Positions 1 through 9,745 of a stretch of DNA of 64,000 nucleotides are shown here, piece after piece. The translations under genes and the position numbers were made by a program. Numbering within the stretch: the stretch's first letter is position 1; each line of letters starts with the position of its first letter. Under the pieces are notes generated by a model. That model did not search any database. It was not told where the DNA came from and was given only the letters and a program-made list of their open reading frames with translations. This DNA comes from an uncultured Actinomycetes bacterium (GTDB lineage Bacteria; Actinomycetota; Thermoleophilia; Gaiellales; JAICJC01). The DNA is taken from assembly GCA_963746115.1 (NCBI GenBank), contig CAVVAA010000004.1, positions 431,218-495,217 on the forward strand, in the 5' to 3' direction.

Positions 1-1948
1 GAGGTTCCCGAGGGCGATCAGCGCCGAGATGCGCCACTCCATCGCCTCTGCCTGAAGCTCGGTGTCGCCGAGCTCGCCGGCGAGGTCGCGCGACTCGGTC
101 AGCATGTCGAGGATCTCGTCCAGGCCGGTCGTGCCCCGGGCCCAGTACGCCCGCATCAGCACTGTCGCGAGCGCCGGACGGTCGCCGATCCGGCGGGCCA
201 TCTCGATCGACTCGTGCCGAAGCAGGGCGCTGCGATCGTGGTCGCCGAGGAAGGCGCATGCGCGGGCGAGGCCGGAGAGCACCATCACGCGCAGACCGGA
301 GTCCTCGGCGCCGAGCATCGCCGCCGCCTCGTTGAGGAACTCGAGGGCGCCGGCATCGACCGCCGCCATCCGCCAGCACGAGTTCTCGAAGCCGACCGCC
401 GCGCGGGCGAAGAGCTCGCCGTCGCCCTGCTCGCGGGCGATGTCGGCGACGCCGCGGTAGGCGTCCAGGGCCTCCGAGCCGCGGCCGGCGCGGTAGCACA
501 CGGTGCCGAGCGCGAGCTCGACCTCGGCCCGCTCGCGGCGGTCGGCGATGCCGAGCCGAAGCGCCGTCCGCAGGGCGGCAACGGCCTCGTCGAACGCGAG
601 CGCGGCTGTCGCCGCCTCGGCCGCGCGCAGGTTGTACTCCACGGCGCGTCCGCCCTCCCAGCGGCGCCGCGGCGGTGAAGTGGTAGGCAAGGTCCGCCAG
701 GGTGCGTGCGGACGGCTCCGGCGAGATCGCCTCGAGCGCCTCGCCCGCGCGCAGGTGGAGCTCGACCCGCCGCGCCGCGGGCAGGCGATCGTAGAGCGCC
801 CGCCGCACGAGCTCGTGGGCGAAGCGGTAGACGAGCGGCCGCTCCGGCAGGTCGGCCACCATGCCGCTGCGGAGGGCAAGGTCGATCGACCCGAGCAGCT
901 CGGCCTCGTCTCTTCCGGTGCCGCGGGCGAGGACGGCGAGGTCGAAGTCGGGGCCGATCACCGCGGCGAGCTCGAGCACCGCGGTCGTGTCCTCGCCCAG
1001 CCGGGCGACGCGCTCGGTGACCACCTCACGCACGGTGTCCGGCGTGCCGAGCTCCTCGGGCGCCCGGGTCAGGCGGGCGCGCCCGTCGGCGAGGACGAGC
1101 GTCCCGGTCTCGACGAGCGCGCGCCACAGCTCGATCACCAGGAACGCGTTCCCCTCGGTGAGCTCGTGGATCGATGCGGCCAGCCGGGGCAGCTCGGCGC
1201 CGAGGTCGCCCCCGGCCGCCTGGCTCACGAGCTCCGCGATCTCGGCGCTCGTGAGCCCGGTCAGGCGGATCGGCACGACGCCCTCCGTGCGGCGCAGGTC
1301 GACGAGGGCGGAGGAGAGCTCCGTCGGCATGTCCGCCTCGAGGTCGCGGAACGTCGCGACGAGCAGCATGCGGGCGTCGGCGGCGGCCCGTGACAGGTGG
1401 CGCAGGAGGTTCAACGTCGGGTTGTCGGCCCAGTGGGCGTCCTCGAGGATCACGAGCAGCGGCCGCCGACGGGAGGTGTTCACGAGCAGCTCTGCGACGG
1501 CCTGGTGGAGGCGGTGGCGCTCGGTGTCCTGATCGGCCGTCACCGGTTCGGGAAGCGACCCCACGCGGGCGGCCAGGTCGGGGATCAGCCGGGTGAGCTC
1601 GCCGCCTGCTGCCCCGAGGTCCTGGCGCAGCTGCCCGGGCTCGGTCACGCGTGTCAGGTGGCCGAGCGCCTCTGCGATGGGCTGGTAGGGGATGTGCACG
1701 ACGGCGTCGCAGGCTCCGTAGAGGACCAGCACGCCGTCGCCGGCGGCCTCGTGGGCGAACTCGCGCACGAGCCGGCTCTTGCCCGAGCCCGCCTCCCCGG
1801 CGACGAGCGCGACGCGGCGGCCCTCGCCGCCCGCGCGGGGCATCAACGAGCGCAGGAGTGCGAGCTCGCGGGGCCTGCCGACGAACGGAAACGACGGCGT
1901 CAGCCGCAGCGAGCCGGGAAGCTCAGCTGCAGGGTCGAGCGCCGGCAT
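1..1948 (-). CDS. Large P-loop ATPase transcriptional regulator (LuxR/LAL- or SARP-like AAA + TPR-type architecture). N-terminal ~649 aa only; the C-terminus lies beyond the left edge.
   Basis: Own minus-strand translation from ATG (cat 1946-1948): MPALDPAAELPGSLRLTPSFPFVGRPRELALL... Walker A GEAGSGKSRL. Leu/Ala-rich helical repeats run to nt 1. Not in the ORF track because there is no stop in the window. Confidence 0.8.
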   Translation of the reverse strand, partial: MPALDPAAELPGSLRLTPSFPFVGRPRELALLRSLMPRAGGEGRRVALVAGEAGSGKSRLVREFAHEAAGDGVLVLYGACDAVVHIPYQPIAEALGHLTRVTEPGQLRQDLGAAGGELTRLIPDLAARVGSLPEPVTADQDTERHRLHQAVAELLVNTSRRRPLLVILEDAHWADNPTLNLLRHLSRAAADARMLLVATFRDLEADMPTELSSALVDLRRTEGVVPIRLTGLTSAEIAELVSQAAGGDLGAELPRLAASIHELTEGNAFLVIELWRALVETGTLVLADGRARLTRAPEELGTPDTVREVVTERVARLGEDTTAVLELAAVIGPDFDLAVLARGTGRDEAELLGSIDLALRSGMVADLPERPLVYRFAHELVRRALYDRLPAARRVELHLRAGEALEAISPEPSARTLADLAYHFTAAAPLGGRTRRGVQPARGRGGDSRARVRRGRCRPADGASARHRRPPRAGRGRARARHRVLPRRPRLGGPGRLPRRRRHRPRAGRRRALRPRGGRLRELVLADGGGRCRRPRVPQRGGGDARRRGLRSARDGALRPRPRMRLPRRPRSQRPASARVDRDGPPDRRPSGARDSADAGVLGPGHDRPGRDPRHADRVARPRRRARRHRASGRGDGVAHLGADRPREP

Positions 1949-2082
1949 AGTCAGATCTGATCATCCCACGCTCCGCGAGCGCGCGTCGAGAGTGGATCAA
2001 TCCCGGTCATGCGGGCGGCGCGCGGCGCCCGTAACGTCCACGTCTCGAGGGGAACACCTCTCACTGGACAAGGAGATCCACT

Positions 2083-3474
2083 GTGGCAACCACAGCATCA
2101 CTGGCAGATCTCGCCCAGCGCGAGCTGGCCGGCTTCGGCGGCGAGCTGATCGGCCCGGGATCGCCCGGGTACGACGAGGCCCGCGCCGTCTACAACGCGA
2201 TGATCGACCGGCGCCCGGGCCTGATCGCCCGCTGCGCATCGGCCGATGACGTGGCGGCGGCCGTCAACTTCGCCCGCCGGCACGACGTCATCCTGGCGGT
2301 GCGCGGAGGCGGGCACAACGGCGGCGGCCTGGGCACGGTCGACGACGGCGTGGTGATCGACCTCGGCCTGATGCGCGGCATCAAGGTCGACGCCGACAAG
2401 CGCACCGCCCGCGTCGAGGGCGGCTGCACCTTCGGCGAGGTCGACCGGGCAACCCACGAGGCCGGCCTGGCGACCCCGAGCGGGATCATCTCGACCACGG
2501 GCGTCGGCGGCCTGACGCTCGGCGGTGGCATCGGCTACCTCAGCCGCCGGCACGGGCTCACGATCGACAACCTGCTCGAGGCCGAGGTCGTGCTGGCCGA
2601 CGGGTCGCGTGCTCACGCGAGCGCGCGGGAGAACCCGGATCTCTTCTGGGCGATCCGCGGCGGCGGCGGCAACTACGGCGTCGTCACCGCGTTCGTGTTC
2701 CAGCTGCACCCGGTGAGCACGGTCGTCGCCGGCCCGACGTTCTGGCCGATCGAGCAGTCGGGCGAGGTGCTGCGCGCCTACCGTGAGTTCCTGCCCGCCG
2801 CCGATCGCGATCTGAACGGGTTCTTCCTGTTCGGCTCGGTGCCGCCCGCGCCGCCGTTCCCGGAGGAGCTGCACGGCCGCCAGATCTGCGGCATCGTGTG
2901 GTGCCACCTGGGCACGGAGGAGCAGGCGGCGGCCGCGATGGCGCCGATGCTGGCCGTGGGCACGCCGCTCATGCACGGCGCCGGTCCGATGCCGTTCCCG
3001 ATGATCCAGGGGGCGTTCGACGGGCTCTACCCGAAGGGGCACCAGTGGTACTGGCGTGCCGACTTCGTGCGGACGCTCTCCGACGCGGCGATCGCCACCC
3101 ACGGCGACTGGGGCCCGCAGATGCCGACCGGGCAGTCGACGATGCACCTCTACCCGATCGACGGCGCGGTGCACGACGTCGCCGAGGACGCGACGCCGTT
3201 CAGCTACCGCGACGTCACGTGGGCCGAGGTGATCGTGGGCGTCGACCCCGATCCGGCGAACGCTGCGGCGATCACCGCCTGGACGAAGGGCTACTGGGAC
3301 GCGACGCACCCGCACTCGGCGGGCGGCGCCTACGTCAACTTCATGATGGACGAGGGTCAGGAGCGCGTGCGTGCCACCTACCGGGGCAACTACGAGCGGC
3401 TGACGAAGATCAAGGCCGACTACGACCCGGAGAACCTCTTCCGCGTGAACCAGAACATCCAGCCGGCGGCCTAG
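2083..3474 (+). CDS. FAD-linked oxidase (VAO/PCMH fold with berberine-bridge-enzyme-like C-terminal domain)
   Basis: 463-aa ORF. FAD-binding region LAVRGGGHNGGG...GVGGLTLGGGIGYLSRRHG. BBE-like tail YVNFMMDEG...NYERLTKIKADYDPENLFRVNQNI. Confidence 0.85.
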   Translation: MATTASLADLAQRELAGFGGELIGPGSPGYDEARAVYNAMIDRRPGLIARCASADDVAAAVNFARRHDVILAVRGGGHNGGGLGTVDDGVVIDLGLMRGIKVDADKRTARVEGGCTFGEVDRATHEAGLATPSGIISTTGVGGLTLGGGIGYLSRRHGLTIDNLLEAEVVLADGSRAHASARENPDLFWAIRGGGGNYGVVTAFVFQLHPVSTVVAGPTFWPIEQSGEVLRAYREFLPAADRDLNGFFLFGSVPPAPPFPEELHGRQICGIVWCHLGTEEQAAAAMAPMLAVGTPLMHGAGPMPFPMIQGAFDGLYPKGHQWYWRADFVRTLSDAAIATHGDWGPQMPTGQSTMHLYPIDGAVHDVAEDATPFSYRDVTWAEVIVGVDPDPANAAAITAWTKGYWDATHPHSAGGAYVNFMMDEGQERVRATYRGNYERLTKIKADYDPENLFRVNQNIQPAA

Positions 3475-3481
3475 CGGCCGG

Positions 3482-3973
3482 CTAGGGCGGCCTGACCAAC
3501 CACCGGCGCTGGGCGTGCCAGCGCTGGATTGTCCGCCGGCTGGGCGGGCGGGCGGGACAGGCCGCATATCGGGCACGCACGGCGGGCGCGACCTCCGCAG
3601 GGGTCGCGCCCGCCGCGTATCCGTGTTCGACGGTGCGGCGCAGGTCGGGCCAGGCGTAGCTGCCGGGGCGGGGCCGGTGGGGTGCGGGGTCGCGCAGGCG
3701 CTCGAGGTGTGCCCTGAGCGCCCGGTCGCGGGCGGTGGTGAGGCAGTCGTTCGCCTTCCAGATGGCGGCCAGGGTGGTGACGAAGTCGCGGCCGCTGCGA
3801 CGCGTCTGAAACTCGCGGCTGGCGTGATCTGCGCAGAGCCATACCGACACGCGATGGGTCAGCTGCAGGCGCTGCGTCGTTCCGCGGGTGCGATCCACGC
3901 AGATCGCACACACCGGCTGCTTGGTCGGCACCTGGCGTGCCTTGTACAAGGTGGGCGGCGAGATCCACGGCAT
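3482..3973 (-). CDS. Hypothetical protein, 163 aa, Cys-rich (possible zinc ribbon) N-terminus
   Basis: Last 163 codons of track ORF 3482..5440(-), from ATG (cat 3971-3973): MPWISPPTLYKARQVPTKQPVCAICVDRTRG...WLCADH. The rest of that ORF is antisense to the aldo/keto reductase and was discarded. Confidence 0.45.
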   Translation of the reverse strand: MPWISPPTLYKARQVPTKQPVCAICVDRTRGTTQRLQLTHRVSVWLCADHASREFQTRRSGRDFVTTLAAIWKANDCLTTARDRALRAHLERLRDPAPHRPRPGSYAWPDLRRTVEHGYAAGATPAEVAPAVRARYAACPARPPSRRTIQRWHAQRRWLVRPP

Positions 3974-4408
3974 GGGTTTGAGTGTGGCGGTCAAGGTGTG
4001 CCCGGTGGGTGTCGAGGTGTTGGGGGTTTGTCGGGGAAGTGCAAATGACACATGTCGCACACGCCAAATGGCGCCTCCCCCAAGAACCACCCGCCACCCC
4101 ACCGCATGCCCGCCGGCGCCGACCGGCCAGCTCTCCCAAGGAGCGCCGCCCGCCGCCGGCCAAAACGGAAACGTCTTGAACGGCTGCCGCTCCCGCCCCG
4201 TCGCGACGTGCGGCCCTGGGACGCCGCGGAGCCGCTCCCGACGGTGACCCGTCGGATCCACCGGTCGGTCGCCGTTGGGCCTGCACGGCGACGAGGCCCA
4301 CGATCGTTGCGGTGCCGCGTACGAGCCCGTGTCGATGCCGGCCTCACCCGCCGCCCCGACCGGCTCGCCGTGACTACCGTTCGCCCCATCCGGGAAGAGG
4401 AGGTCGCG

Positions 4409-5383
4409 ATGCAGAAGGTGGCGCTCGGCAGTCAGGGGTTGACGGTGTCCCGGCAGGGGCTGGGGTGCATGGGGATGTCGGAGTTCTACGGGCCGCGGGA
4501 TGATGCGGAGTCGATCGCGACGATCCATCGCGCGCTCGAGCTCGGCGTCACGCTGCTCGACACGGCCGACGTCTACGGGCCGCACACGAACGAGCGCCTG
4601 GTCGGACGGGCGATCGCCGATCGCCGCGAGCGGGTGGTGCTGGCGACGAAGTTCGGGATCGTGCGCGACCCGGACAACCCGGCGGCCCGCGGCGTGAACG
4701 GGCGGCCCGAGTACGTGAAGGCTCGCTGCGACGACTCGCTCGAGCGCCTCGGCATCGACCACATCGACCTCTACTACCAGCATCGCGTCGACCCGAACGT
4801 CGCGATCGAGGAGACGGTCGGCGCGATGGCGGAGCTCGTGGCCGCCGGGAAGGTGCGCTTCCTCGGCCTCTCGGAGGCCGCCCCGGAGACGATCCGGCGC
4901 GCGCACGCGGTGCACCCGATCTCGGCGCTCCAGACCGAGTACTCGCTGTTCGCCCGCGACCCCGAGGCCGAGGTCCTGCCGACGGTGCGCGAGCTGGGCA
5001 TCGGGTTCGTGCCCTACAGCCCGCTCGGGCGCGGCTTCCTGACCGGGTCGTTCACGACGCTCGACGACCTCGACCCCGACGACTTCCGCCGGGGGCAGCC
5101 CCGGTTCCAGGGCGAGAACCTCGACCCGAACCTCGCCATCGTCGAGCGTGTGCGTGCCGTCGCCGAGGCTCACGGGGCGACGCCGGCCCAGGCAGCGCTG
5201 GCCTGGGTGCACGCCCAGGGCGAGGACGTCGTCCCGATCCCCGGCACGAAGCGGCGCCGCTACCTCGAGGACAACGTGGCCGCGCTCGACATCGCCCTCA
5301 CCGCCGGCGACCTCGCCGCGCTCGAGGAGGTGGGCGTCGCCCAGGGCGAGCGCTACGCCGACATGTCCGGCGTGAACCGCTGA
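4409..5383 (+). CDS. Aldo/keto reductase
   Basis: Track ORF 4052..5383 trimmed to ATG 4409, which is preceded by [38 protein letters not shown]...[13 protein letters not shown]...[10 protein letters not shown]. Full-length AKR pattern. Confidence 0.9.
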   Translation: MQKVALGSQGLTVSRQGLGCMGMSEFYGPRDDAESIATIHRALELGVTLLDTADVYGPHTNERLVGRAIADRRERVVLATKFGIVRDPDNPAARGVNGRPEYVKARCDDSLERLGIDHIDLYYQHRVDPNVAIEETVGAMAELVAAGKVRFLGLSEAAPETIRRAHAVHPISALQTEYSLFARDPEAEVLPTVRELGIGFVPYSPLGRGFLTGSFTTLDDLDPDDFRRGQPRFQGENLDPNLAIVERVRAVAEAHGATPAQAALAWVHAQGEDVVPIPGTKRRRYLEDNVAALDIALTAGDLAALEEVGVAQGERYADMSGVNR

Positions 5384-5387
5384 GCAG

Positions 5388-6203
5388 CTACCCGCCGGCG
5401 ACGTCGCGGCGCAGGAACACCAGGTACGCCGCGAGACCAAGCGGCACGGCGTAGACCGCGCACACCCAGGCCGCGCGGCCGATCGGCAGCCAGTCGGTCG
5501 GATCCTGGAAGAACCCCTGCCAGGCCTGGAACTGCGTCGTCAGCAGGTAGGGCTCGGCGCCGCCCAGCCCGGGCAGGATCCCGATCAGCTGCATGAGGAG
5601 CGCGGCCATCAGCGTCCCCACGACCGCCGCCGCGCTGTTCCGGGTGACGGCGGAGAGGAAGAGGCCGATGCAGACGACGGCGACCGTCGGCATCAGGTAG
5701 ACGGCGAAGCTCGCCAGCACGAGCAGCAGCCCGTGGGTCGCCGAGACGTGCGTGCCCGACAGGCTGACGAGGCCGTTGAAGCCCGACTTCGCGGTGCCCG
5801 CGACGAGCGCCGTCCCGCCCATCAGCACGAGGGCGAGCAGCGCATACGTGACGGCGGCGAGCAGCTTCCCGGCGAAGATCTGGCCGCGGTCGAGCGAGCG
5901 GGTGAAGATCGTCTTCAGCGTGCCGTTGTGGTGCTCGGACGCGATGATGTCGCCCGCGACGAGCGCCGTCACGAGCGGGAACAGCCACACCGACGCGAAC
6001 AGCAGCAGCACGAGCGGGATGGCGAGCCCCGACTCGCGCACGTACTTGCCGAACGCGACGTCGTTGGGCGAGCCGCTCTGGAGCGCGAGGGCCGTGACGA
6101 AGATGATCGGCACGGCGACCGCCGCCCCCAGGCCGAGGTACGTGCGCTTCTGCGACCACAGCTTGCGCAGCTCCCACCGGTACGCGGTCAGGAACGTCGG
6201 CAT
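5388..6203 (-). CDS. ABC-2 type transporter permease
   Basis: 271-aa C-terminal part of track ORF 5388..6851(-). ATG at 6203 overlaps the upstream stop (ATGA). Multiple hydrophobic spans. MPTFLTAYRWELRKLWSQKRTYLGLGAAVAVPIIF... Confidence 0.8.
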   Translation of the reverse strand: MPTFLTAYRWELRKLWSQKRTYLGLGAAVAVPIIFVTALALQSGSPNDVAFGKYVRESGLAIPLVLLLFASVWLFPLVTALVAGDIIASEHHNGTLKTIFTRSLDRGQIFAGKLLAAVTYALLALVLMGGTALVAGTAKSGFNGLVSLSGTHVSATHGLLLVLASFAVYLMPTVAVVCIGLFLSAVTRNSAAAVVGTLMAALLMQLIGILPGLGGAEPYLLTTQFQAWQGFFQDPTDWLPIGRAAWVCAVYAVPLGLAAYLVFLRRDVAGG

Positions 6204-7180
6204 CAGGCGACCGGCTCCAGCCGAGGCGCCGGCTCGGACGGGACGGCCCCGTCGGACTCGGTCAGGTCGAAGAAGACCTGCTCGAGCGTCGCCTGCTGCG
6301 GCACCAGCGCGCGCACCCCGATCCCCTCCTTGCCCAGCGCGATCATGAACCGCTCGACGACGGGCTCCTCGGCGCTGAAGCGCAGCTCGCCGTCCGCGAC
6401 CGAGACGTCGCCGAGCGCGAACTCCTCGGCGACCCGGCGCGCGCCCTCGACATCCGATGTCCGCAGCCCGTACCAGCTCCCCACCGAGCGCTTCAGGTCG
6501 ACGACCGGCCCCTCGTACAGGATCCGGCCCTTGTTGATGATCGCGACCCGGTTGCACAGCTCCTCGACGTCGGCCATCTGGTGGCTCGAGAGCATCACCG
6601 TGATCCCCTCCGACGACAGCCGGCGCACGAGCGTCTTCATGTCGCGCATCCCGGCCGGGTCGAGCCCGGTGGTGGGCTCGTCGAGCAGGAGCAGCTGCGG
6701 CCGGCGCAGCAGCGCGGCGGCGATGCCGAGCCGCTGCTTCATGCCGTGGGAGTAGTTGCCCACCCGGTCGCCGCCCCGCTCGGCCAGGTCGACGGTTGCG
6801 AGCATCTCGTCGACCAGCGAGCGGGCGTCGCCGCCGTCGTAGGCGGCGCACAGCTCGAGGTTCTTGCGCCCGGTCAGGTAGGGGTAGAACTGGGGCGCCT
6901 CGACGAACCCGGCCACGCCCTGGAGCGCGCGGCGGCCGAGCCGCACCGGGTCACGCCCGAACAGGTGGGCCGTGCCCTCGCTGGGGCGGATCAGCCCGAG
7001 CAGCATGCGCAGGGACGTCGTCTTGCCGGCGCCGTTCGGCCCCAGGTATCCGTACACGTCGCCGTGCTCGACCGTGAGGTCGACGTGATCGACGGCGACC
7101 AGGCGCCCGTAACGCTTGACGAGCCCGCGGGCCGCGACCGGGCGGTCGGTGCCCGCGGGCTCGGCGTTCTCCGCCGTCAC
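6203..7180 (-). CDS. ABC transporter ATP-binding protein
   Basis: 325-aa ORF. Walker A GPNGAGKTT, signature SHGMKQRLGIA, Walker B LLLLDEPTTGLD. Confidence 0.92.
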   Translation of the reverse strand: MTAENAEPAGTDRPVAARGLVKRYGRLVAVDHVDLTVEHGDVYGYLGPNGAGKTTSLRMLLGLIRPSEGTAHLFGRDPVRLGRRALQGVAGFVEAPQFYPYLTGRKNLELCAAYDGGDARSLVDEMLATVDLAERGGDRVGNYSHGMKQRLGIAAALLRRPQLLLLDEPTTGLDPAGMRDMKTLVRRLSSEGITVMLSSHQMADVEELCNRVAIINKGRILYEGPVVDLKRSVGSWYGLRTSDVEGARRVAEEFALGDVSVADGELRFSAEEPVVERFMIALGKEGIGVRALVPQQATLEQVFFDLTESDGAVPSEPAPRLEPVA

Positions 7181-7181
7181 C

Positions 7182-8354
7182 TCAGCCGATCCCCCGCGCG
7201 GCGATGATCGCCGCGGCGGAGGGCAGCGAGCCCACGACGGTGTAGCGCACGCCGTTCCGGTCGAACTGGATCAGTGTCCCGAGGGCGGTGTCGAGCTCGT
7301 GGCCGGACGCGCCGTCGATCGAGACGCGCGGCAGCGCGGCGAGCGGCGAGTGGTCGGCGCCGGCCGGCGTCCGCTGCTCGAGGACGGCGATCGCGCCCAG
7401 GCCCTGGCCGTACACCGCGACGGCGGCCGGCGTGCCCGACCAGTCGATCAGCCGCACGGACTTCCGCGGCAGGCCGACGAGCGAGCCCGGCGCGCTCAGC
7501 CGGAACGGCAGCGCCCGCGCGACGGCGGCCATGCCACTGACGTCGGGATGGTGGGCCGGTCGCATGCCGGCGGGCCGGGCCATGTGCTTCGGCGGGTGCA
7601 CGCGCACGATCTTCGTGCCGGGAGCGAGGTGCACCGCCAGGTCGGAGCTCGACACGGCGCCGTAGCTGATGTCGGTCACGGTCAGGGACAGCACGGGCGA
7701 GGAGTCCGTGCGGCTGTAGACGGCGATGCGCAGCGGGATCCCGTGGGCGGCGTCCCAGGCGAGCTGCACGGATCCGAGCAGGCCGCCGCTGTGACGCGGC
7801 GAGACCCGCACCGTGTACGCGGGCCGGCCGGCGATGTCGCCCGGGATCGCGCCGCTCAGATCGACGTGCTGCGTGACCTTCGCGAGCGCCCGCTGGATCT
7901 GGGAGATGCTCGGCACGGCGTGGCCGTGCATGTCCGATCCCGCGCCGTGGTCGTGGTGGCGGATCGGCATGACGTAGGCGGTGCCGGAGGAGACGTCGTA
8001 CAGGGTCGCGGTCGTCCCGTCGATACCGATCTCGGTGTCGCCGGCCGAGGACTGCAGCTCGAGGCGCAGCTTCCCGCCGCCGGCCCAGACGCGTCCCGTC
8101 GCGCCCGTGATGAGCGGTGAGCTCGAGCCGAGCGAGCTGTTCGCGACCAGGTGGTCCGTGAACTGCACCCGCGCCGTCACGCCCGAGACGGGCCGGGCGG
8201 CCGCGGCATCGTGGATCGCGGCTGCGAGCGAGCGGTGCGGCGGCTTGGGGCTGTCGCCGCCTGCGAGGGCGACGGCGCTCCCGGCCGCGACCGCCACCAC
8301 GACGATGATCGCGATGATGAGCTGTCTGGTCGATGCCCTTCGCAGAATGTTCAT
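7182..8354 (-). CDS. Membrane-anchored LolA-like / lipoprotein-sorting-fold protein (DUF2092/DUF4367-like)
   Basis: 390-aa ORF with N-terminal anchor LIIAIIVVVAVAAGSAVALAG followed by a beta-rich ectodomain. It sits between the histidine kinase and the ABC ATPase with 1-4 nt spacing. The family name is from memory and was not searched. Confidence 0.5.
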   Translation of the reverse strand: MNILRRASTRQLIIAIIVVVAVAAGSAVALAGGDSPKPPHRSLAAAIHDAAAARPVSGVTARVQFTDHLVANSSLGSSSPLITGATGRVWAGGGKLRLELQSSAGDTEIGIDGTTATLYDVSSGTAYVMPIRHHDHGAGSDMHGHAVPSISQIQRALAKVTQHVDLSGAIPGDIAGRPAYTVRVSPRHSGGLLGSVQLAWDAAHGIPLRIAVYSRTDSSPVLSLTVTDISYGAVSSSDLAVHLAPGTKIVRVHPPKHMARPAGMRPAHHPDVSGMAAVARALPFRLSAPGSLVGLPRKSVRLIDWSGTPAAVAVYGQGLGAIAVLEQRTPAGADHSPLAALPRVSIDGASGHELDTALGTLIQFDRNGVRYTVVGSLPSAAAIIAARGIG

Positions 8355-9745
8355 GGTCCGTTCCCTCCAGGTCCGTCACGCCGAGTTCTATCCGCGTCGC
8401 CTGAAAGGCGTCTGAGAGCGGGCAGGACGATGGCGATGCGGGGGCCGGCGATCTCGAGCCGGCCGCCGTGGCGCTCCGCGGTCGCCCGGACGAGCGCCAG
8501 GCCGAGGCCGGAGCCCGGCCGCGCCCGCGCATCCTCGCCGCGCCAGAAGCGCGTCGTCGCCGCCTCGACCTGGTCGGGCGGGATGCCCGGCCCGGTGTCG
8601 GTGACGGTGAGCCGCACCTCGTCGCCGGCGCGGGTCACGGCGACCTCGACCGGGCCGTCCTCCGGGCCGTGAGCGAGCGCGTTTGCGACCAGGTTTCTGA
8701 GCGCCCGTTCGAGCGCCTGCTCGTCGCCGCGCACGATCCCGGGATCGTGCGCCTCCGCGCGGACGCGGCCGCCCGCTGAGGCCAGCGCCAGGGCGTCCAG
8801 GCGCACCTCGGCGTCAGGGACGGCGGCGGCGTCCTCGCGGGCCAGCGCGAGCAGCTCGTCGACGAGGCGGCTGAGCCGGTCGGCGTCCGCCTGCAGGTCG
8901 GCGAGCGCCTCGCGGTCGGCGCCGTGGCGGGCGAGGTATTCGGCGTTCCCGCGCAGCGCGGCGAGCGGGTTTCGCAGCTCGTGCGAGGCGTCGGCGACGA
9001 AGCGCCGCTCCCCTTCTCGCGAGCGCTCGAGCGCGGCCAGCATGCGGTTCAGCGTCTCGGCCAGGCGGGCGACGTCGTCCGGGGTGCGGCCGCCGTCGGC
9101 CGCCGGCAGGCGCAGCGAGGGATCGCCGCGGCGTTCGATCACCTCGGCGCCCTCGGCCAGGGCCTGCAGCGGGCGCAGGGCGCGGCCGGTGAGGACGTAC
9201 GCGATCGGCGCGACGAGCAGCGCGGCCGCGAACGCGCAGGCGACGATCAGCGTGCGCGACTCGTGCAGGGTGGAGTCGACCTCGTCGGTCGTCGACGCCA
9301 CGACCACTGCCCCGCCCGAGGCGGGCCCGCCGAGGGCGGCGAGCGGCGCGGCGTAGAGGCGCAGGCGCTCGCCGGCGAGCGTGCCGTCGCCGTACACCCC
9401 GCGGCCGCCGCGGATCGCCCGCCGCGCGAGCGTCCCGCCGGGCAGCGTCGTTCCCGCCAGCTTGCGGCCGTGCCGGTCGACGACCTCGACCTCCAGGCGG
9501 CGGGCCTCGACCGACGCCTCGAGCACCGGCGGGGAGGTGAGCAGCGCCGGCGCGGTGGCCGCGAGCTGGGCCACCTGCGCGGCCCGGTCGCGGAGGGTGC
9601 TGTCGAGCGCCTGATGCAGGTGGCGGGAGAGCAGCACCTGCACGGCCGCCCCGAGGACGACGACGGCGGCCACGATCGAGATCGTCGCGGCCGCCACGAC
9701 GCGGGTGCGCAGACGCGGGGCCCGCGTGCGCAGGCGTCCCGTCAT
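8351..9745 (-). CDS. Sensor histidine kinase (HAMP-HisKA-HATPase, OmpR-partner type)
   Basis: Track ORF 8351..9868 trimmed to ATG 9745, which overlaps the response-regulator stop (ATGA). H-box FVADASHELRNPL. ATPase motifs TDTGPGIP and GSGLGLALV. Confidence 0.9.
   Translation of the reverse strand: MTGRLRTRAPRLRTRVVAAATISIVAAVVVLGAAVQVLLSRHLHQALDSTLRDRAAQVAQLAATAPALLTSPPVLEASVEARRLEVEVVDRHGRKLAGTTLPGGTLARRAIRGGRGVYGDGTLAGERLRLYAAPLAALGGPASGGAVVVASTTDEVDSTLHESRTLIVACAFAAALLVAPIAYVLTGRALRPLQALAEGAEVIERRGDPSLRLPAADGGRTPDDVARLAETLNRMLAALERSREGERRFVADASHELRNPLAALRGNAEYLARHGADREALADLQADADRLSRLVDELLALAREDAAAVPDAEVRLDALALASAGGRVRAEAHDPGIVRGDEQALERALRNLVANALAHGPEDGPVEVAVTRAGDEVRLTVTDTGPGIPPDQVEAATTRFWRGEDARARPGSGLGLALVRATAERHGGRLEIAGPRIAIVLPALRRLSGDADRTRRDGPGGNGP

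Noticed and set aside
3482-5440. A 652-aa minus-strand ORF spanning the aldo/keto reductase locus.
   Set aside because: Only the last 163 codons look like protein. The rest is the antisense shadow of the well-supported AKR gene (4409-5383), with the Arg/Gly/Val-rich composition typical of high-GC shadow ORFs.
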